From a bacterium (GTDB lineage: Bacteria; UBA8248), in assembly GCA_965204535.1 (NCBI GenBank), contig OZ241996.1, positions 32,001-96,000 on the forward strand: a stretch of DNA of 64,000 bases, in the 5' to 3' direction. A program made the position numbers and the translations under genes. This document shows positions 41,305-51,900 of the stretch, piece by piece. How positions within the stretch are numbered: position 1 is the first letter of the stretch; every line of letters starts with the position of its first letter. The notes beneath the pieces were generated by a model. That model was given only the letters and a program-made list of their open reading frames with translations. It had not been told where the DNA came from and made no database searches.

Positions 41305-41634
41305 ATGACGGAAGACGAAATTTTAATCGAACGCATCCGCCCGATTCTCAGGCGCCGCAAGGGGTATTCGGAAAAGCGGATGTTCGGCGGCGTGTGTTTC
41401 ATGATCAACGGCAATATGTGCGCCGGAACGTGGAAAGGCGCGCTCATCGTGCGTCTCGCCAGGGAAAACCACGAGGCGACGCTTGCAGAACCGTATACCA
41501 AGCCGGCCGATATGGCGGGCCGGGTGATGAAGGGCTGGGCGCTGGTCGAACCGGCCGGGATTTCGACCGAAGACGACCTGAAAGCGTGGGTGCGGCGGGC
41601 GGCGAAGTTCGCAGGCTCGCTTCCGCCCAAGTAA
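41305..41634 (+). CDS. TfoX N-terminal domain protein
   Basis: EKRMFGGVCFMINGNM, MKGW, SLPPK. Confidence 0.85.
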   Translation: MTEDEILIERIRPILRRRKGYSEKRMFGGVCFMINGNMCAGTWKGALIVRLARENHEATLAEPYTKPADMAGRVMKGWALVEPAGISTEDDLKAWVRRAAKFAGSLPPK

Positions 41635-41683
41635 TAGCAACTCCATTGATCCTACGTGGATTCATTCTCATGAGGGATGAACG

Positions 41684-42679
41684 ATGAAAGCGATTACCGT
41701 TCAGGGAGACGCCGGAATCGAGGGACTGGTGTACGGCGAGGTTCCCACGCCGGAGCCGGGAGAAGGCGAAGTGCGGGTGAAACTCCTGGCCTCAGGGATC
41801 AACCACATCGACGTCTACCAGTGTACCCCCGCCATGGTGAGGCATGAAAAACCCCACACCATGGGCGCGGACGGAGCAGGCGTCGTGGATAAGGCGGGGC
41901 CGGGTGCGGCCTTGAAGCCGGGTGTTGAGGTGGTCGTCGACCCCAATCTGGGCGACCCCACTCAGCCGGACTATGGCCTCGTGGGCGCGCAAAGTGCGGG
42001 CACGCACGCGGAATTCATCGTCCTGCCGGAGAAGAATTTCTTTCCCAAGCCCGAAAACTTGACGTTCGAGGAGGCGGCGGCGCTTCCCCTCGCTCTCACC
42101 ACGGCCTACCGACAGCTCATCAGCCGCGCACGACTAACAGCGGGAGAGAGCGTCCTCATCCACGGTGTGGGCGGGGGCGTCATGCTCTATTGCCTGCAAC
42201 TCGCCGCCCATGCGGGCGCTTTCAGCATCGTCACCTCATCGAGCGACGAGAAACTGGAAACCGCCAAGAGCTTCGGCGCTAACGTCTGCATCAACTACAA
42301 GACGCAAGACGTCGCCAGTGCCGTGATGGACGCCACCGCTGGCCGTGGGGCCGACGTGGTGGTCGACAACGTGGGCGCACCCACATTCGCGTTGAGTGCC
42401 AAGTGCGTCGCGCTCAACGGCCGCATCACCATCGTGGGCGGGGCGGCGCACCACGTGATACCCGAGGTGAACCTGCGCGATCTCTACTTCAAGCAGGTCG
42501 ACATCCACACCTCCACCATGGCGACACCCGAGGAATTCCATGCGGCGATGGCCCTCGCCGCAGAGGGCAAAGTGAAGGCCCACATCGACTCCACCTATCC
42601 GCTTTCGCGCTTCAGAGAAGCCATCGAGCGCGTGGCGGGGGGCCGGCAATTCGGAAAAGTGGTGATAACGAGAGATTAG
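41684..42679 (+). CDS. MDR-family NAD(P)H:quinone oxidoreductase/alcohol dehydrogenase
   Basis: GINHID, GADGAG, HGVGGGV, FGKVV. Confidence 0.88.
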   Translation: MKAITVQGDAGIEGLVYGEVPTPEPGEGEVRVKLLASGINHIDVYQCTPAMVRHEKPHTMGADGAGVVDKAGPGAALKPGVEVVVDPNLGDPTQPDYGLVGAQSAGTHAEFIVLPEKNFFPKPENLTFEEAAALPLALTTAYRQLISRARLTAGESVLIHGVGGGVMLYCLQLAAHAGAFSIVTSSSDEKLETAKSFGANVCINYKTQDVASAVMDATAGRGADVVVDNVGAPTFALSAKCVALNGRITIVGGAAHHVIPEVNLRDLYFKQVDIHTSTMATPEEFHAAMALAAEGKVKAHIDSTYPLSRFREAIERVAGGRQFGKVVITRD

Positions 42680-42747
42680 GGACGAGGCATTTGCGCCGCA
42701 TGCTGCTTGTTCGCGCAAAGCCCTCACATTTGGGGAATCCATAAAGC

Positions 42748-43896
42748 ATGAAAAGACGCCTCGCCAAAACCGTCGCCGCGACCGCAGGCGGAGAGCGCGC
42801 CAATCACATGACGGCCAAGAAACCGCCGGGCCTGGTGCCGCTCGATTCGGGAACGCCCAACTTCCCCACGCCGGAGCACATCACGAACGCCGCCAAAGAA
42901 GCGCTCGACCAAGGCCTCACGGGCTACGCCCCCGGACAGGGAGACCCTGAGTTTTTGGATGCCGTCTGCGAGCACGTCGAGCGCGAGGCGGGCGCGAAAT
43001 ACACGCCTCATTCCGTCATCGCGACGAACGGGGCGAGTTCGGGCATCTACGCCGTCATGACGGCGTTTTTGGACCCCGGCGATGAGGCCATCCTCATGGA
43101 CCCGACGTTTTCGCTCTACGCCCACGTCGCGCTGCAACTGGGGGCCGTCCCCGTCTCCGTGCCGCACGACGCGGATTATCAAATCGACGTAGAAGCCGTG
43201 CGCCGCGCCGTCACGCCTCGAACGCGCCTCATCCTCGTCAACAACCCGAACAACCCCACGGGCGTGGTCTACCGCCGCGAGGATCTGGCGGCTCTCGCCG
43301 AACTCGCAACGGAGCACGACCTCATGCTCGTATCGGATGAGGCCTATGCGAAAATCCTGCAACCCGGCTTCGAGCACGTTCCCCTGCTCTCGTTCACCGA
43401 GCACCGCGACCACCTCATCCTGCTCGACACCTTTTCCAAGACCTATTCGATGACCGGCTGGCGGCTGGGCTTCATGGTCGTGCCCGAGGACCTGCCCCAG
43501 CCGATGTTCAGCGTTCACCGCTCCATCAACGGGCCGATCAACACCTTCGTCCAGCGCGCGGGCGCAGTGGCGCTCAGAAGCTCGCAGGAGTGCGTGGAGG
43601 AGTTCGGGCGCGAATACCACAAGCGGGGCCGCCTCATGAACGAGTTGACGCGCGACATTCCAGGTCTCGCTCCCATCGAGCCCCAAGGCGGCTTCTACCA
43701 ATACTGCCGGTATGAATACCCCATTCCTTCGAGCGAGGTGCGAAAGCGCGTCTGGGAGGCCGGGGCGGCCATTCGCAGCGGGTCGGAATTCGGCGCTTCG
43801 GGCGAGAACCACCTGCGCTTCACCTATTCGGTGGATGAGGAAGTCATCGAAAAGGGCATGAAGATTGTGCGCGAGGTGTTCCGCCACTTAGGCTGA
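42748..43896 (+). CDS. Class I/II PLP aminotransferase
   Basis: NNPNNPTG, SDEAY, FSKTYSMTGWRLG. Confidence 0.92.
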   Translation: MKRRLAKTVAATAGGERANHMTAKKPPGLVPLDSGTPNFPTPEHITNAAKEALDQGLTGYAPGQGDPEFLDAVCEHVEREAGAKYTPHSVIATNGASSGIYAVMTAFLDPGDEAILMDPTFSLYAHVALQLGAVPVSVPHDADYQIDVEAVRRAVTPRTRLILVNNPNNPTGVVYRREDLAALAELATEHDLMLVSDEAYAKILQPGFEHVPLLSFTEHRDHLILLDTFSKTYSMTGWRLGFMVVPEDLPQPMFSVHRSINGPINTFVQRAGAVALRSSQECVEEFGREYHKRGRLMNELTRDIPGLAPIEPQGGFYQYCRYEYPIPSSEVRKRVWEAGAAIRSGSEFGASGENHLRFTYSVDEEVIEKGMKIVREVFRHLG

Positions 43897-43932
43897 GACT
43901 TGCCGGTTCCACGCCTGAAAGCCGTCCTTTGG

Positions 43933-44501
43933 GGGACTGTTGAAAAAGTCTAATGAAGGAGGGTTGCAGGTTTTGCAGGGACAGGTCGCGACCTGTCCCT
44001 ACGGACGTGCGTGGTTATCCTTCGTCATTCCGGTGTCGGAGCCGACCAATGCGGGGCTGTTGAAAAACCCCTGTAGGGGCCGCATACATGCGGCCCGTTC
44101 TGTCAGTGAAAGAAAAGGGGAAAGGTTCGTCATTCCGGCAATCAATGCCGACCGGGGAGGGAGGGATTGCCCGGAATCCAGAGCCGATGAGAGAAACCGC
44201 GGTTCAGGGAATCCCGCCACCCGTATCGGTTCGCCGCATTCCAGTTTTTCTTCCATTCCCGTCCGCCTGGATTCCGGCATTCGCCGGAATGACGGCGGGG
44301 TGGTGCGATCTCGAATGATGCGGGAGGATGATTTCGCGCCCGATATGGGACGATCCCGAAATGCGCCGGAATGACGAGCGAATACCGCGCCCGTTGTATG
44401 GGCGGTTCGCGACCCCCCCTACGGTCGGTAGCACTCCGATGAAGATGGCCCTGACCGGCTACATACGTCGAATCTCGGAATCAGGGCTTTTTCGACAGCC
44501 C
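43933..44501. repeat. Composite repeat island bounded by GGACTGTTGAAAAA / TTTTTCGACAGCCCC
   Basis: Contains GTAG REPs and GTCATTCCGG units shared with 11352, 17453-17519 and 17570. Confidence 0.7.
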
Positions 44502-44522
44502 CTCTCCGAACGGACGGCCGCT

Positions 44523-45461
44523 TCAATAGACGGGCAGGATGTCCTTCTCGTAGGTCTCGTCCACGCCCCGGGCGGCGGCGTAGAAGATCTCCTGCAGCCT
44601 GCGCGTGATTTCGCCCGGCTTCCCGTCTCCCACCTCGATGCGGTCGAGCGAGAGCACGGGCGCGACTTCCGCGGCGGAGCCGCATATCATCGCCTCGTCC
44701 GCCACGTAGATCTCCGTGCGATCCATGGGCCGCTCTACGGGTTCGGGACCGATGTGCCTGCCGAACATCTCGATCACGCTGTCGCGCGTGATGCTCTCGA
44801 GAATCGAAGCCGTCACCGGCGGCGTGATGAGCTTTCCCTCGCGGACGATCATGATGCAGGTGCCCGTGCCCTCGGCCACCGTGCCGTTCTGGTTGAGCAG
44901 AAGCGCGTCGTCATACCCGTTGATACGCGCCTCGACGCCCGCGAGCCTGCCGTTCTGGTAATTCGCCGATGCCTTGACGCGCGGCGGTACGGTATCGTCC
45001 GAGATGCGCCGCCAACTGCTCACGCACAGGTTCACGCCCCCCTCCTGACGCTTGCGGTTGCTGTTCGGCCCTCCGCTGATGAAGACGCAGGTGTCCACCT
45101 CGTCCGCCGCATAGCCCTTCATGTCCAGGGGCCCCGAATCGTCGAAATACACGTTGAGGCGAAAGTGGAGGTCTTCTCTGAACTCGTTCGCCCGTATCCA
45201 TTCGATCACGGCGTCCTTGAATTCTTCCGCCGTATAGGGCGGCGTCATCCGCATCACCCGCATCGAATCGAACAGCCGCCTGATGTGCGGGTCCATCTTC
45301 CAGAGGAAAAGGTTGTTTCGCTCCTCGCTCCAGTAGGCGCGAATCCCCTCGTACACGCTCGAACCCCTGAGGACCGCCTGGCTGAAAACGCTTATCTTGG
45401 CGTCTTCGGGCGGAACTACCTCTCCGTTGAGCCATACCTTGGCATGATCGTAGCTGGGCAC
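44523..45461 (-). CDS. ilvE: Branched-chain amino acid aminotransferase (class IV)
   Basis: GTG start after GGAGG; YEGIRAY, KASANY, AEGTG, ILESITR, GSAAEV. Confidence 0.85.
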   Translation of the reverse strand: MPSYDHAKVWLNGEVVPPEDAKISVFSQAVLRGSSVYEGIRAYWSEERNNLFLWKMDPHIRRLFDSMRVMRMTPPYTAEEFKDAVIEWIRANEFREDLHFRLNVYFDDSGPLDMKGYAADEVDTCVFISGGPNSNRKRQEGGVNLCVSSWRRISDDTVPPRVKASANYQNGRLAGVEARINGYDDALLLNQNGTVAEGTGTCIMIVREGKLITPPVTASILESITRDSVIEMFGRHIGPEPVERPMDRTEIYVADEAMICGSAAEVAPVLSLDRIEVGDGKPGEITRRLQEIFYAAARGVDETYEKDILPVY

Positions 45462-45627
45462 AGGAACCTCCCATGTGGAAGTAAAAATGGCTACCAATGT
45501 GGGAAACACGGCATGATGAACAATTTTAGCCTTGCTTGACAAGGGGCGTCCCCGCCTTGACGCTCGGGCGCGCTTGGGCGTAGCGTTGTCCCGGACAGAT
45601 TTCAAACCTCCCCTCTTGGAGATTTTC

Positions 45628-46998
45628 ATGCAGCAGCCCACGGACACCCCGAAACTGGCGGACGCCTACGCCGAATCCCTGCCCGCCTCGCGCGCGCTAT
45701 ACGATCGGGCGCAAGAGGTTTTCCCCGACGGGGTGACGCACGACAACCGCAGGATGCAGCCGTTTCCCATTTACGTGGAACGCGCCGAGGGCGCATATAA
45801 GTGGGACGTGGACGGCAACCGCTACATCGACTACTGGATGGGCCACGGCGCTCTCCTTTTCGGGCACAACCCGCCCCACATCCGGGACGCCGTGAGCGAG
45901 GCCGTTCTCAAAGGCTCGCACTACGGCGCAAGCCACAGGCCGGAGGTGGAATGGGGTGAATGGGTGCAGCGACTCGTGCCGTGCGCCGAGCGGGTGCGAT
46001 TCACGGCTTCGGGCACCGAGGCCACGCACATGGCGCTCCGTCTCGCGCGCGCCTTTACCGGCAGAAAGCGCGTCGTCAAGTTCGCGGGCCATTTCCACGG
46101 CTGGCACGAGGGGCTTGAGATCGGCGTGCGCGCCCCCTACACGAACGAACCCGAAGCGGGCCAACTGGAAGTAGTAACCGACCTCGTGGCCGTATGTCCG
46201 CCGGGTGATCTGGAAGCCGTCCGCAGCGTACTGGCATCGGGCGATGTCGCGGCACTCATTCTGGAACCGACGGGCGGGCACTTCGGTACCATCCCGATGA
46301 AAAAGGATTTCGTGGCCGCGCTCAGGGAAGAGACCCGCAAGGCGGGCGCGCTCCTCATCTTCGACGAGGTGGTGACGGGCTTTCGCGTATCGCCGGGCGG
46401 GGCGCAGGCGCACTTCGGCGTAACGCCCGATCTCACCAGCCTCGCCAAGATACTCGCGGGCGGCCTGCCGGGGGGAGCCGTCGCAGGCCGGGCGGACGTG
46501 CTCGAATATCTCGCCACCAAGCCGGACCCCGAGATGAACAGGCACATGAAAATCGCCCACCACGGCACCTTCAACGCGAACCCCATCTCGGCATCCGCAG
46601 GCGTCGCCATGCTCTCCTCACTGGCCGATGGCCGGGCGACCGAGCAGGTGAACGCGCAGGCACAAAAGCTCAGATACGGTATGAACGAGATTCTCGCACA
46701 GGAGGCGGTGGCCTGGCGTGTGTATGGCGAATACAGCGACTGGAAGATTCTCTTCGATGCCGACGCCCCGCCACGTGACGGGGCGGATCAGGACGTGAGC
46801 GGGATCGACTGGCGGCGCCTCGATTCCAAGAACGCCCAGAAAAGCCGCGCGCTGAGACAAGCGCTCATCTTGCACGGGGTGGATTTCAACGGCGCACGCG
46901 CCCTCGTGGGAACCTGCCATACGGACGATGTGATCGAGGAAACGCGCGCCGCCTTCAAGGCGGGCGTGCAGACCATGAAGGAAGAAGGGGTCGCCTGA
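45628..46998 (+). CDS. Class III aminotransferase (GSA-aminomutase-like)
   Basis: WDVDGNRYID, SGTEA, FHGWH, IFDEVVTGFR, AKILAGG. Confidence 0.88.
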   Translation: MQQPTDTPKLADAYAESLPASRALYDRAQEVFPDGVTHDNRRMQPFPIYVERAEGAYKWDVDGNRYIDYWMGHGALLFGHNPPHIRDAVSEAVLKGSHYGASHRPEVEWGEWVQRLVPCAERVRFTASGTEATHMALRLARAFTGRKRVVKFAGHFHGWHEGLEIGVRAPYTNEPEAGQLEVVTDLVAVCPPGDLEAVRSVLASGDVAALILEPTGGHFGTIPMKKDFVAALREETRKAGALLIFDEVVTGFRVSPGGAQAHFGVTPDLTSLAKILAGGLPGGAVAGRADVLEYLATKPDPEMNRHMKIAHHGTFNANPISASAGVAMLSSLADGRATEQVNAQAQKLRYGMNEILAQEAVAWRVYGEYSDWKILFDADAPPRDGADQDVSGIDWRRLDSKNAQKSRALRQALILHGVDFNGARALVGTCHTDDVIEETRAAFKAGVQTMKEEGVA

Positions 46999-47043
46999 CG
47001 TTTTCCAGGAAACTCCGCCAGATATCATGAAGGAGAGCCGCAC

Positions 47044-48294
47044 TTGCACAGCGCGCTGAAAGGCCTGTTGAGCCTCGAATCCGGACGCATCGTGGACGAC
47101 ATGGAACACCCCTTCACCTGCCCCGACACGGGCGGGAACCTGCAGGGCAGCTACGACATCGAGTGGATAAAGGCGAACGTGGACAGGGACGAGATCGCCC
47201 GCAGATCCCGGGGCATCTGGCGCTGGCGCGAGCTTTTGCCCGTGCGGGACGAAAAGAACGTGGTCTCACTCGTGGAAGGCGATACCCCCCTCATCCACGC
47301 CGCGAGGCTCGGGGCGTCGCTCGGCTACGAGAACCTCTACATCCTGGATGAATCCAGAAACCCCACCGGCTCGTTCAAGGACAGGGGCGGGTCGGTCACC
47401 ATCAGCAAGTGCAGGGAAGTGGGCGTGGACCGCATCGTGCTGCCCTCATCGGGCAATGCGGCGGCCTGTTTCAGCGCCTATTGCGCGCGGGGCGGCATCG
47501 AGTTCATCGGCTTCGTGCGCGACGACAGCTCCGCCGTACACTGTCTCCAGGTTGGCGCTTACGGGGCGTTTACGCTCATCATCGAGGGCGATCAGGGCAC
47601 GGGCGGGCGCTTCGCGGAAGAAGTGTCGAAAGAACTGGGCTGCCTGCACGCCACCCTGCCCCGGAATCTCTACAGGATCGAGGGGAAAAAGACGGCCGCC
47701 TACGAGATCGCCGAAAAACTCGGCTGGCGCGCGCCCGACCGCGTCGTCTGCCCCACGGCGGGCGGCACGATGGCGCTCGCGATGGACCAGGGCTTCCGCG
47801 AGTTGCTGGCTCTCGGCTGGATAGACAAGATGCCGGCCATCGACGTCGTTCAGGTAGACGGCTGCGCGCCCATCGTCAAAGCCCTTCACTCAGGCGGAAA
47901 AGTCGAACCCTGGGGCGAAGTGCGCACGAAATCGGCCGGCCTCACGAGTCCCTCGCCCGGCGCGGGCGAGCGCGTGGCCGAAGTCGTGCGTCGCTCGGAA
48001 GGCCATGGCGTGCTCGTGAACGACGCGATGAACCTGGAAGCCGAGTTTCTCATCGCCGGACGCGAGGGGCTTTTCCTGCAGCCCGCATCCGCGGCGTCCG
48101 CCGCGAGCCTGATGGAGGGCGCCGAGCGGCCCGGAAGGCCGGAAACCGACGAGGTAATCGTCTGCATCGGCACGGGCACGGGCAAGAACGCGGCGGAGGT
48201 GGCGGGCGAAGCCCTCGGCAGGCCGGGGCGCATTCCGCCGGACATCGACGCCTTCAAGCGGGCGCGCGCCACCTGGCGGGTGGACGGCGTCTGA
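47044..48294 (+). CDS. Threonine synthase-like PLP enzyme (fold type II)
   Basis: GIWRWRELLP, EGDTPL, NPTGSFKDRG, SSGN, EGKKT. Confidence 0.85.
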   Translation: MHSALKGLLSLESGRIVDDMEHPFTCPDTGGNLQGSYDIEWIKANVDRDEIARRSRGIWRWRELLPVRDEKNVVSLVEGDTPLIHAARLGASLGYENLYILDESRNPTGSFKDRGGSVTISKCREVGVDRIVLPSSGNAAACFSAYCARGGIEFIGFVRDDSSAVHCLQVGAYGAFTLIIEGDQGTGGRFAEEVSKELGCLHATLPRNLYRIEGKKTAAYEIAEKLGWRAPDRVVCPTAGGTMALAMDQGFRELLALGWIDKMPAIDVVQVDGCAPIVKALHSGGKVEPWGEVRTKSAGLTSPSPGAGERVAEVVRRSEGHGVLVNDAMNLEAEFLIAGREGLFLQPASAASAASLMEGAERPGRPETDEVIVCIGTGTGKNAAEVAGEALGRPGRIPPDIDAFKRARATWRVDGV

Positions 48295-48558
48295 AGCATC
48301 TGAATGTATTCACGCAACTCCCGGGAATCCAGCACGCCACTCCCTGGCGCGCTTTCATCTCACAACAGCATTCTTCACACAGATAAAAACGAAAATCAAT
48401 ACTCTTTTTCTCGCTTTTTCATGATCTATTACTTCAGTATAATCCCTGTAACCGTCTATAGATAAAACCATTACATGGTTTTCAAAAAACTTCTTGATTT
48501 TCGTATTATTTTCGTATACATTTTCTCCCTCACGCCAATCCATACAGGGAGAACGACC

Positions 48559-49803
48559 ATGGTGACGGAAAAAACCCTCCACAAGCTGGCCATTCTCGGC
48601 GGACAATCCTTCGACGACAGGGAGGGCCCGCCCGGGGTGCGGAAGAAGCCCAAATACCGCCGCAAGTTCCTGGCCTCGGACACGCCGGCGATATTCCCCG
48701 TCCCCTTCAAGGGCGGGCGCATCATGCCGCTTCTCTCCACCATGATGACCAACGCATGCAGCTACGACTGCCACTATTGCCCCATGCGGGCCTCGCGCGA
48801 CATGCCACGCTACGCCTTCGGCCCCGAGGAATTGGCCGACACTTTCATGGCGTTAAAGAAAAGAAACCGCGCCGAGGGGCTTTTCCTCACCAGCGGGGTT
48901 CCGGGCAGCGGCGTAACCGGCGTGGACAGGATGATAGCGGCGGCCGAAATCCTGCGCTTCAAGCATCATTTTGGCGGCTATATTCACCTCAAAATGCTGC
49001 CGGGGGTGGAGGATTCCCAACTCAGCCGCGCCGCGCAGATAGCCACGAGGCTTTCTGTGAACCTCGAAGCCGCCACCCAGCGGGGCCTTCACGCCATGGC
49101 GCCCGAGAAAAGCCTGGAAACAGACCTGAAACCCGCCCTCGAATACGCGGGGGAGATGGCGCGCGAGTCGTATTTCGAGAGAACGGGCCTCATCGCCGAC
49201 GGCGTGACGACCCAGTTCATCGTCGGCGCAAGCGGAGAGAGCGACATGGACGTCCTCGCTGCCTCCCACGCGCTCCAGAAGAAGGGTCTTTTACGCCACA
49301 CCCATTTCAGCGCCTTCAAGCCCGTGGAGGATACGCCGATGGACGGGGTGCCATCGGTCTCCAAGACGCGCGAGCACAGGCTTTATCAGGCGGAGCACCT
49401 CCTGCGCGAATATGAGTTCGGGCTGGATGAGATCCCCGCCGCAGACGGCAACCTCGTGCTGGATGAGGACCCGAAAACGACGTGGGCGAGAAGAAACCTC
49501 TCGCAGTTCCCGGTGGAGATCATGACCGCCGACCCCAGGACGCTGATGCGCGTGCCGGGCATCGGCCCCACATGGGCGAAGCGCCTGGTGGAAGTGCGCA
49601 GAAAGGCGCACATACGCGATTTCAGGGATTTGACGCGCCTCGGCCGCATCCGCAAATCGGCGGCGGGCTGGCTCGCGCTGCGCGGAAAACGCCTGGGGCC
49701 CGAACCCGTTCTCGCCACGCAGATGAGCCTCGACCTCCGGCACAGGGGCAAACGGCGCGTCCACCCCTCGATGAGCAACTTGCCGCCGTGTTCTTTTCGC
49801 TGA
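48559..49803 (+). CDS. Putative DNA modification/repair radical SAM protein with HhH domain (TIGR03916-like)
   Basis: TNACSYDCHYC, GLFLTSG, GYIHLK, REHRLYQA, LMRVPGIG. Confidence 0.85.
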   Translation: MVTEKTLHKLAILGGQSFDDREGPPGVRKKPKYRRKFLASDTPAIFPVPFKGGRIMPLLSTMMTNACSYDCHYCPMRASRDMPRYAFGPEELADTFMALKKRNRAEGLFLTSGVPGSGVTGVDRMIAAAEILRFKHHFGGYIHLKMLPGVEDSQLSRAAQIATRLSVNLEAATQRGLHAMAPEKSLETDLKPALEYAGEMARESYFERTGLIADGVTTQFIVGASGESDMDVLAASHALQKKGLLRHTHFSAFKPVEDTPMDGVPSVSKTREHRLYQAEHLLREYEFGLDEIPAADGNLVLDEDPKTTWARRNLSQFPVEIMTADPRTLMRVPGIGPTWAKRLVEVRRKAHIRDFRDLTRLGRIRKSAAGWLALRGKRLGPEPVLATQMSLDLRHRGKRRVHPSMSNLPPCSFR

Positions 49804-49925
49804 TGAGGCTGCCGAAACAAGCGTATGGATTGTGCGCCCCCGCTTGACGGGGAAATGCGATGGGACTACCCTTCCCGTCTCTCGCCACCGCACCTGTTGG
49901 CGCGATACGAGCGACGCCGCTTCAT

Positions 49926-50000
49926 GGCCCCTTCGTCTAGCGGTCAGGACACCGGCCTCTCACGCCGGTAACAGGGGTTCGAGTCCCCTAGGGGTCACCA
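49926..50000 (+). tRNA. tRNA-Glu (anticodon CTC)
   Basis: GGCCCCT/AGGGGTC acceptor stem, anticodon arm CCGGC-CTCTCAC-GCCGG, GGTTCGAGTCC T-arm, encoded CCA. Confidence 0.96.
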
Positions 50001-50038
50001 GACAGACGAAACCCGCCAGAAAGTAGGTCAACTGTCGC

Positions 50039-50683
50039 TCAACCCCAAGTGTTCACGTGCACGATCTCTTCGAGCGGGCGCCGCACGGCGGGCCGGAAAT
50101 TCGTCCCCAGCGTCCAGGCCACCGGAACGAGCGCCGCCTGCATGAAATCATCCGGCACGCCGAGAAGCTCCGCGGCTTCCGCCTCACAGCGCAGGTGCAG
50201 GGTGGTGAACACCGAACCCAGCCCGCGCGAGCGAAGCGCCAACTGAAAACTCCAGACCGCCGGGATGACGGAGCCCATGAGGCCCGCCCACATGAACCGC
50301 GGCGGGTTTTCGGGCAGGAAATTCTGGATGCACGGAATCACGTGCACCGGGGCGCGCTCGATGTTTTCCGCCAGATAGATAGCGGAATCGAACACCCGCT
50401 CGTCCTGCGCGGCGCCGCTCTCCCTTGCCTGCGCCAGACCATCCGCGAGGTATTCATCCCCTCCCTTGCGGTAGAGCCGCCCGAGTTCGCGCCTCAAACC
50501 CTCATCCGTCACCACGAGCCAGCGCCAGCCCTGGCGGTTCGAGCCCGTCGGAGCCTGCAGGCCGAGTTCCAGACAATCCATCACGACCTCACGCGGCACC
50601 TCACGGTCGAAATCGAGCCGCTTGCGCACCGAGCGCGTCGTGGAGAGGAGTTTGTCGGTCATTTCCAGATCAAAATCGGCCAT
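50039..50683 (-). CDS. Nitroreductase family protein
   Basis: TTRSVRK, APTGSNRQGW, LALRSRGLGS. Confidence 0.9.
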   Translation of the reverse strand: MADFDLEMTDKLLSTTRSVRKRLDFDREVPREVVMDCLELGLQAPTGSNRQGWRWLVVTDEGLRRELGRLYRKGGDEYLADGLAQARESGAAQDERVFDSAIYLAENIERAPVHVIPCIQNFLPENPPRFMWAGLMGSVIPAVWSFQLALRSRGLGSVFTTLHLRCEAEAAELLGVPDDFMQAALVPVAWTLGTNFRPAVRRPLEEIVHVNTWG

Positions 50684-50846
50684 GCGGCCCTCCTTTCAGT
50701 TTCGTGTACAAGTACATTTCACGCGAGATGTGCGCCATGTTATCAGAACGGCTTCCCGCTCGTAACGCGTCGTGCTCCCAGGTTCCCAAGGGTGAATGGT
50801 TTGCCTATAATCGCCCCAAACTCCCATCATCAAAACGAGGAAAACC

Positions 50847-51530
50847 ATGACGAACCAGGCAAGCGAGACGAGCAAAATCCGGCTGCTGAACCCCGATGAG
50901 GCGGCGGGCGATACGGCGCGTTTTTTCGAGGCGACGCGCGAGTTCCTGGGCCGCATCCCCAATTCCGCGCTCGCGCTGGCGAACACCCCCTACATCGCGC
51001 GCTTCTACCTCCCCTTCAACGCCACGCTCCAGCGCGAGGGCATGGGCGGGCTGCTGACGTGCAAGATCAAGGAGATCGTGGTCTTGAAGACGAGCTTCGT
51101 CAACGCTTGCGCCTACTGAATCGCGCACAATACGGCGCTTGGTCAAGCGACGGGAATCACGGATGAGCAGATTGAGGCCATCGCCTCGGACGACTACATG
51201 ACCTCACCGCTTTTGAGTCCCCGCGAGCGCGCCGCCTGCCTGTGGGCGGAGCATTTCACGAGAAACACCGCGCGCGAGAACCCCGAAGTGCTCGAAGAGG
51301 TCAAGCGGCATTTCACCGACGGGGAGATCGTCGAGATGTCCCTCATGAGCGGCAAGCAGGGCATGATGAACCGCTTCATGGACTCGTTCGCCATCCCGAT
51401 AGAGAACGAGGGCGAGGTGAACAAGATCAAAAAATCCGTGCGCGGGAATCCCGAGAAGATGAAGGCCTATCTCCAATCGCTCATCGACAACTGGCCCGAG
51501 GAGTTCCCCGAACCCAACCCGGATAACTAG
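50847..51530 (+). CDS. AhpD-like/CMD-family selenoprotein (Sec at TGA 51117-51119)
   Basis: Two in-frame ORFs joined as SFVNACAY-U-IAHNTALGQATG, the CxxC position of AhpD; SECIS-like hairpin follows. Confidence 0.88.
51133..51152 (+). promoter_or_regulatory. Putative bacterial SECIS hairpin
   Basis: CGCTT-GGTC-AAGCG stem-loop; G-led apical loop 21 nt after the UGA. Confidence 0.7.
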
Positions 51531-51545
51531 GGGTGCTTCCGAGAG

Positions 51546-51900
51546 GAAATGCGGGCAAATGCGCGGTCCGGAAAACTTTTTTTAATTCGATAAATTTCGA
51601 GAAATTATTGACTGTCCACTTTATATTACCCGTGTAACCAATTGAATAAATGCTGAATATGACGTTAGTTCGACCCATGAACCTTTTCAGGAATTTATCG
51701 ATATTTACCGAATTGTTCATCAATTCGAAATTCAGGGTTCCCGTCCTGGTTCCAGGGAATTTCATCGCTTGAACACCCTCTTCCGTCTCGCATCGGCCGT
51801 GAAGACCCGATGACGCCACCGGGTCTGCCCGCATGAACGGGCGGTTCGAGCATAACGCGGAAGCGGCGGGGAGAAGGTCCGGCAAATGCGGGGAAATGCG
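51546..51900. repeat. Copy B (uninterrupted) of the AT-rich non-coding element
   Basis: Direct repeats at 51546-51563 and 51883-51900; homology to 6262-6424 and 10865 onward. Confidence 0.65.

Noticed and set aside
49926-50000. tRNA-Glu as the attachment site of an integrative island
   Set aside because: No integrase and no duplicated tRNA 3' end seen in the window
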